Source: a virus (lineage: Duplodnaviria > Heunggongvirae > Uroviricota > Caudoviricetes). From it: a DNA stretch of 46,563 nt. Made by a program: the position numbers and the translations under genes. The stretch lies in IMG/VR virus record IMGVR_UViG_2721755658_000005, positions 1-46,563 of that record; one strand, given 5' to 3'. Below the pieces are notes generated by a model. The model was not told the DNA's origin. It was given only the letters and a program-made list of their open reading frames with translations, and did not search any database. Below are positions 43,716 to 46,563 of the stretch, piece by piece (positions within the stretch are counted from its first letter, which is position 1; every line of letters starts with the position of its first letter).

Positions 43716-44065
43716 TGGAGCCATACAGCCTCACACTCGATGAGGCCTGTCATTTTCTCAAGATATCCAGACCGACTGCCATTAACTGGATACGCACAGG
43801 GCGTCTTCAGGCAACACGCAAAGATCCCACTAAGAATAAATCTCCTTACCTCACAACACGACAAGCCTGCATTGCGGCTCTTCAGTCTCCGCTGCATACT
43901 GTCCAGGTGAGCGCGGGTGATGGCATAACAGAGGAAAGAAAATGTCACTCTTCCGCAGAGGTGAAATATGGTACGCCAGTTTCACATTGCCGAACGGTAA
44001 AAGATTTAAACAGTCTCTTGGAACAAAGGACAAAAGGCAGGCGACAGAACTCCATGACAAGCTAA
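43715..44065 (+). CDS. xis: excisionase (MerR-type HTH_17)
   Basis: From the ATG at 43715: [33 protein letters not shown]. The 3' end overlaps int. Confidence 0.65.
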   Translation: MEPYSLTLDEACHFLKISRPTAINWIRTGRLQATRKDPTKNKSPYLTTRQACIAALQSPLHTVQVSAGDGITEERKCHSSAEVKYGTPVSHCRTVKDLNSLLEQRTKGRRQNSMTS

Positions 44066-45105
44066 AGGCTGAAGCATGGCGGGTCAGCAAACTTGGTGAA
44101 ATACCTGATATAACGTTCGAGGAAGCGTGTGTCAGGTGGCTTGAAGAGAAAGCACATAAAAAATCACTGGACGATGACAAAAGCCGGATCGGATTCTGGC
44201 TTCAACATTTCGCAGGAATGCAACTAAGAGACATTACTGAATCAAAAATTTATTCAGCAATGCAGAAAATGACGAACCGGCGTCATGAGGAAAACTGGAA
44301 ACTCAGGGCAGAAGCATGCAGAAAAAAAGGGAAACCTGTTCCAGAATACACGCCAAAACCAGCGTCCGTTGCAACGAAGGCTACGCATCTTTCATTTATA
44401 AAGGCCCTACTAAGAGCCGCAGAGCGTGAATGGAAAATGCTGGATAAGGCACCAATTATTAAAGTGCCTCAACCAAAGAATAAACGGATCCGCTGGCTGG
44501 AGCCCCATGAAGCACAAAGGCTGATTGATGAATGTCCGGAGCCATTAAAGTCTGTTGTTGAATTTGCACTGGCAACAGGCTTAAGACGCTCGAACATCAT
44601 CAACCTTGAATGGCAACAAATAGATATGCAGCGCCGGGTGGCATGGATAAACCCGGAAGAGAGTAAATCAAACCGCGCAATTGGCGTTGCGCTGAATGAT
44701 ACTGCATGTCGCGTATTGAAAAAACAAATCGGGAATCATCACCGTTGGGTATTTGTGTACAAGGAAAGCTGTACCAAACCAGACGGAACGAAAGCGCCAA
44801 CAGTAAGGAAGATGCGGTATGACGCAAACACAGCCTGGAAAGCGGCGCTGAGACGGGCTGGTATTGATGATTTCAGATTTCACGACTTGAGACACACCTG
44901 GGCAAGTTGGCTGGTTCAAGCCGGAGTCCCGTTGTCAGTGTTACAGGAAATGGGAGGCTGGGAGTCTATCGAAATGGTTCGTCGATATGCTCACCTTGCA
45001 CCTAATCACCTTACCGAACACGCACGGCAAATAGACTCGATCCTGAACCCATCGGTCCCAAATTTGTCCCAGTCAAAAAATAAGGAAGGTACTAATGATG
45101 TGTAA
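43942..45105 (+). CDS. int: tyrosine integrase, P22/SfV type (thrW-specific)
   Basis: [34 protein letters not shown] opens the protein. The catalytic region follows: ...LRRSNI...[38 protein letters not shown]. The gene lies adjacent to the tRNA 3' end. Confidence 0.9.
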   Translation: MSLFRRGEIWYASFTLPNGKRFKQSLGTKDKRQATELHDKLKAEAWRVSKLGEIPDITFEEACVRWLEEKAHKKSLDDDKSRIGFWLQHFAGMQLRDITESKIYSAMQKMTNRRHEENWKLRAEACRKKGKPVPEYTPKPASVATKATHLSFIKALLRAAEREWKMLDKAPIIKVPQPKNKRIRWLEPHEAQRLIDECPEPLKSVVEFALATGLRRSNIINLEWQQIDMQRRVAWINPEESKSNRAIGVALNDTACRVLKKQIGNHHRWVFVYKESCTKPDGTKAPTVRKMRYDANTAWKAALRRAGIDDFRFHDLRHTWASWLVQAGVPLSVLQEMGGWESIEMVRRYAHLAPNHLTEHARQIDSILNPSVPNLSQSKNKEGTNDV

Positions 45106-45119
45106 CTTATTGATTTACA

Positions 45120-45165
45120 TGGTGCCGATAATAGGAGTCGAACCTACGACCTTCGCATTACGAAT
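45120..45165 (-). repeat. int-proximal att junction (phage-supplied 3' 46 nt of thrW)
   Basis: Identical to 3620-3665. Confidence 0.9.
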
Positions 45166-45195
45166 GCGCTGCTCTACCAACTGAGCTATATCGGC
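45120..45195 (-). tRNA. thrW: tRNA-Thr (anticodon CGU)
   Basis: The reverse complement reads GCCGATATAGCTCAGTTGGTAGAGCAGCGCATTCGTAATGCGAAGGTCGTAGGTTCGACTCCTATTATCGGCACCA. It is 76 nt and cloverleaf-compatible, with anticodon loop TTCGTAA. Confidence 0.95.
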
Positions 45196-45309
45196 CCTGA
45201 AAGGACATGTTCACGAACGTGAATCACGGTGGACAAGGTTAAAACTAACCGGGCGATGCGTCAATGGCCTTGTGAATCAAATGGCTACTTTTGCATCACC
45301 CGGTTTTAT

Positions 45310-46563
45310 TTACGCACGAATGGTGTAATCACCAATGCCGATCCACTTGTAAGTGGTCAGTGCTTCCAGCCCCATTGGGCCACGCGCGTGGAGTTTTTGT
45401 GTGCTTACCGCCACTTCCGCACCCAGACCAAACTGGCCGCCGTCGGTAAAACGCGTAGAGGCGTTAACGTAAACAGCGGACGAATCCACTTCGTTAACAA
45501 AACGCTGGGCGTTGCGCATATCGCGGGTCAGGATCGCATCGGAGTGTTGTGTGCCGTGTTCACGAATATGGGCGATGGCATCGTCAAGATCGCTGACGAT
45601 TTTGACGTTCAAATCTAATGACAGAAACTCATCGTCATACTCTTCGGCTTTAACAGCAACCACCTTCGCAGGGCCTGCCTGCAACTGCGCCAGTGCAGCT
45701 GCATCTGCGTGTAATGTCACGCCGCTTTCCGCCATTTGTTTGCTTAATGCAGGCAGGAAGCTATCGGCGATGTTTTTATTCACCAGCAACGTTTCAACCG
45801 TATTACATGTGCTCGGACGCTGAGTTTTCGCGTTGACGATCACTTTTAATGCTTCAGCGATCTCTACACTTTCATCAACGTAAATATGGCATACGCCTAT
45901 ACCACCTGTGATCACCGGGATTGTCGACTGTTCACGGCACAGTTTATGCAAACCAGCGCCACCACGCGGGATCAGCATGTCGATGTATTTATCCATACGC
46001 AGCATTTCACTGACCAGCGCACGGTCAGGATTATCAATCGCCTGCACGGCACCCGCCGGTAAGCCGCAGGATTTCAGGGCGTCCTGAATCACCGCCACCG
46101 TTGCAGCGTTAGTGCGACACGTTTCTTTGCCACCGCGCAGGATCACCGCATTACCGGTTTTCAGGCACAGCGAAGCGACATCAACCGTCACGTTCGGGCG
46201 CGCTTCATAAATCACGCCAATAACCCCCAGCGGTACGCGACGACGCTCAAGACGCAGGCCGCTGTCCAGTACGCCGCCATCGATTACCTGCCCCACCGGA
46301 TCGGCGAGGTTGCACACCTGACGTACATCGTCGGCAATGCCTTTCAGCCGTGCGGGCGTCAGTGCCAGACGGTCAAGCATCGCTTCGCTAAGGCCATTGG
46401 CTCGCGCGTCAGCAACATCCTGGGCGTTAGCGTTGAGGATGATTTCGCTTTGTGCTTCCAGTTCATCGGCGATTTTTTCCAGCACGCGATTTTTTTCGCG
46501 GCTGGAGAGTTGCGCTAATTTATACGAGGCTTGCTTCGCGGCAATGCCCATTTGTTCCAGCAT
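45310..46563 (-). CDS. proA: gamma-glutamyl phosphate reductase
   Basis: 417 aa starting [25 protein letters not shown]... The start codon is exactly at the window edge. This is the classic proA-thrW neighbourhood. Confidence 0.95.

Overview
The window is E. coli-type chromosome at the proA-thrW locus, on the reverse strand relative to K-12. Two mobile elements sit in tandem at the tRNA-Thr (thrW) site.

**Layout**
- 1-3619: the thrW-proximal end of a CP4-6-like cryptic prophage, in the order yafY, ykfB, ykfF, yafX, ykfG, ykfH, then the yafW/ykfI (CbeA/CbtA-type) toxin-antitoxin pair.
- 3620-45165: a complete-looking ~41.5-kb temperate prophage. It is bounded by a 46-bp direct repeat of the thrW 3' end (3620-3665 and 45120-45165).
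- 45120-45195 (-): intact thrW.
- 45310-46563 (-): proA.

**Prophage architecture**
- It has a P22/SfV-type integrase and excisionase (43715-45105).
- The early region is lambdoid. It carries an S24 CI repressor, Cro, a CII-like protein, an O-like replication gene with internal iterons, a Dam methyltransferase, a LexA-DBD-only protein, RusA, KilA-N, DUF968 and Q.
- The lysis cassette is lambda-like (S, R, Rz/Rz1).
- Packaging and head genes are HNH plus P27-type terminase and an HK97-type portal, protease and capsid.
- The contractile tail and baseplate are Mu-like (gp36-gp48 equivalents).
- A Pin/Gin-type invertase controls a ~2-kb invertible tail-fibre segment.

**Regions that ordinary phage biology does not explain**
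1. An AT-rich 6.4-kb cargo region lies between the invertase and the distal att (3666-10083). It holds three defence-like cassettes:
   - an ABC-ATPase fused to a Toprim/DUF4435-like domain, with a 94-aa partner;
   - a Bro-N / XRE / ImmA module with a 47-aa ORF;
   - a GIY-YIG nuclease.
   A structured ~90-nt repeat punctuates the cassettes, and one copy runs into a 27/28 look-alike of the tmRNA 3' end.
2. At 31347-31595, antisense to the late operon, near-consensus T7-class and SP6-class phage-RNAP promoters sit in tandem. A 16-bp palindrome, a 5' hairpin, a strong RBS and a 40-codon ORF accompany them. No phage-type RNAP gene is present in the window.
3. A ~300-nt ORF-poor segment with several long nested helices (42134-42420) lies in the PL operon.
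4. There are AT-rich morons inside the tail operon (18042-18572), between Q and the late terminator (33232-34251), and at the rex-equivalent position (41381-41993).

All functional calls come from reading the translated ORFs and motifs by eye. No database search was run.
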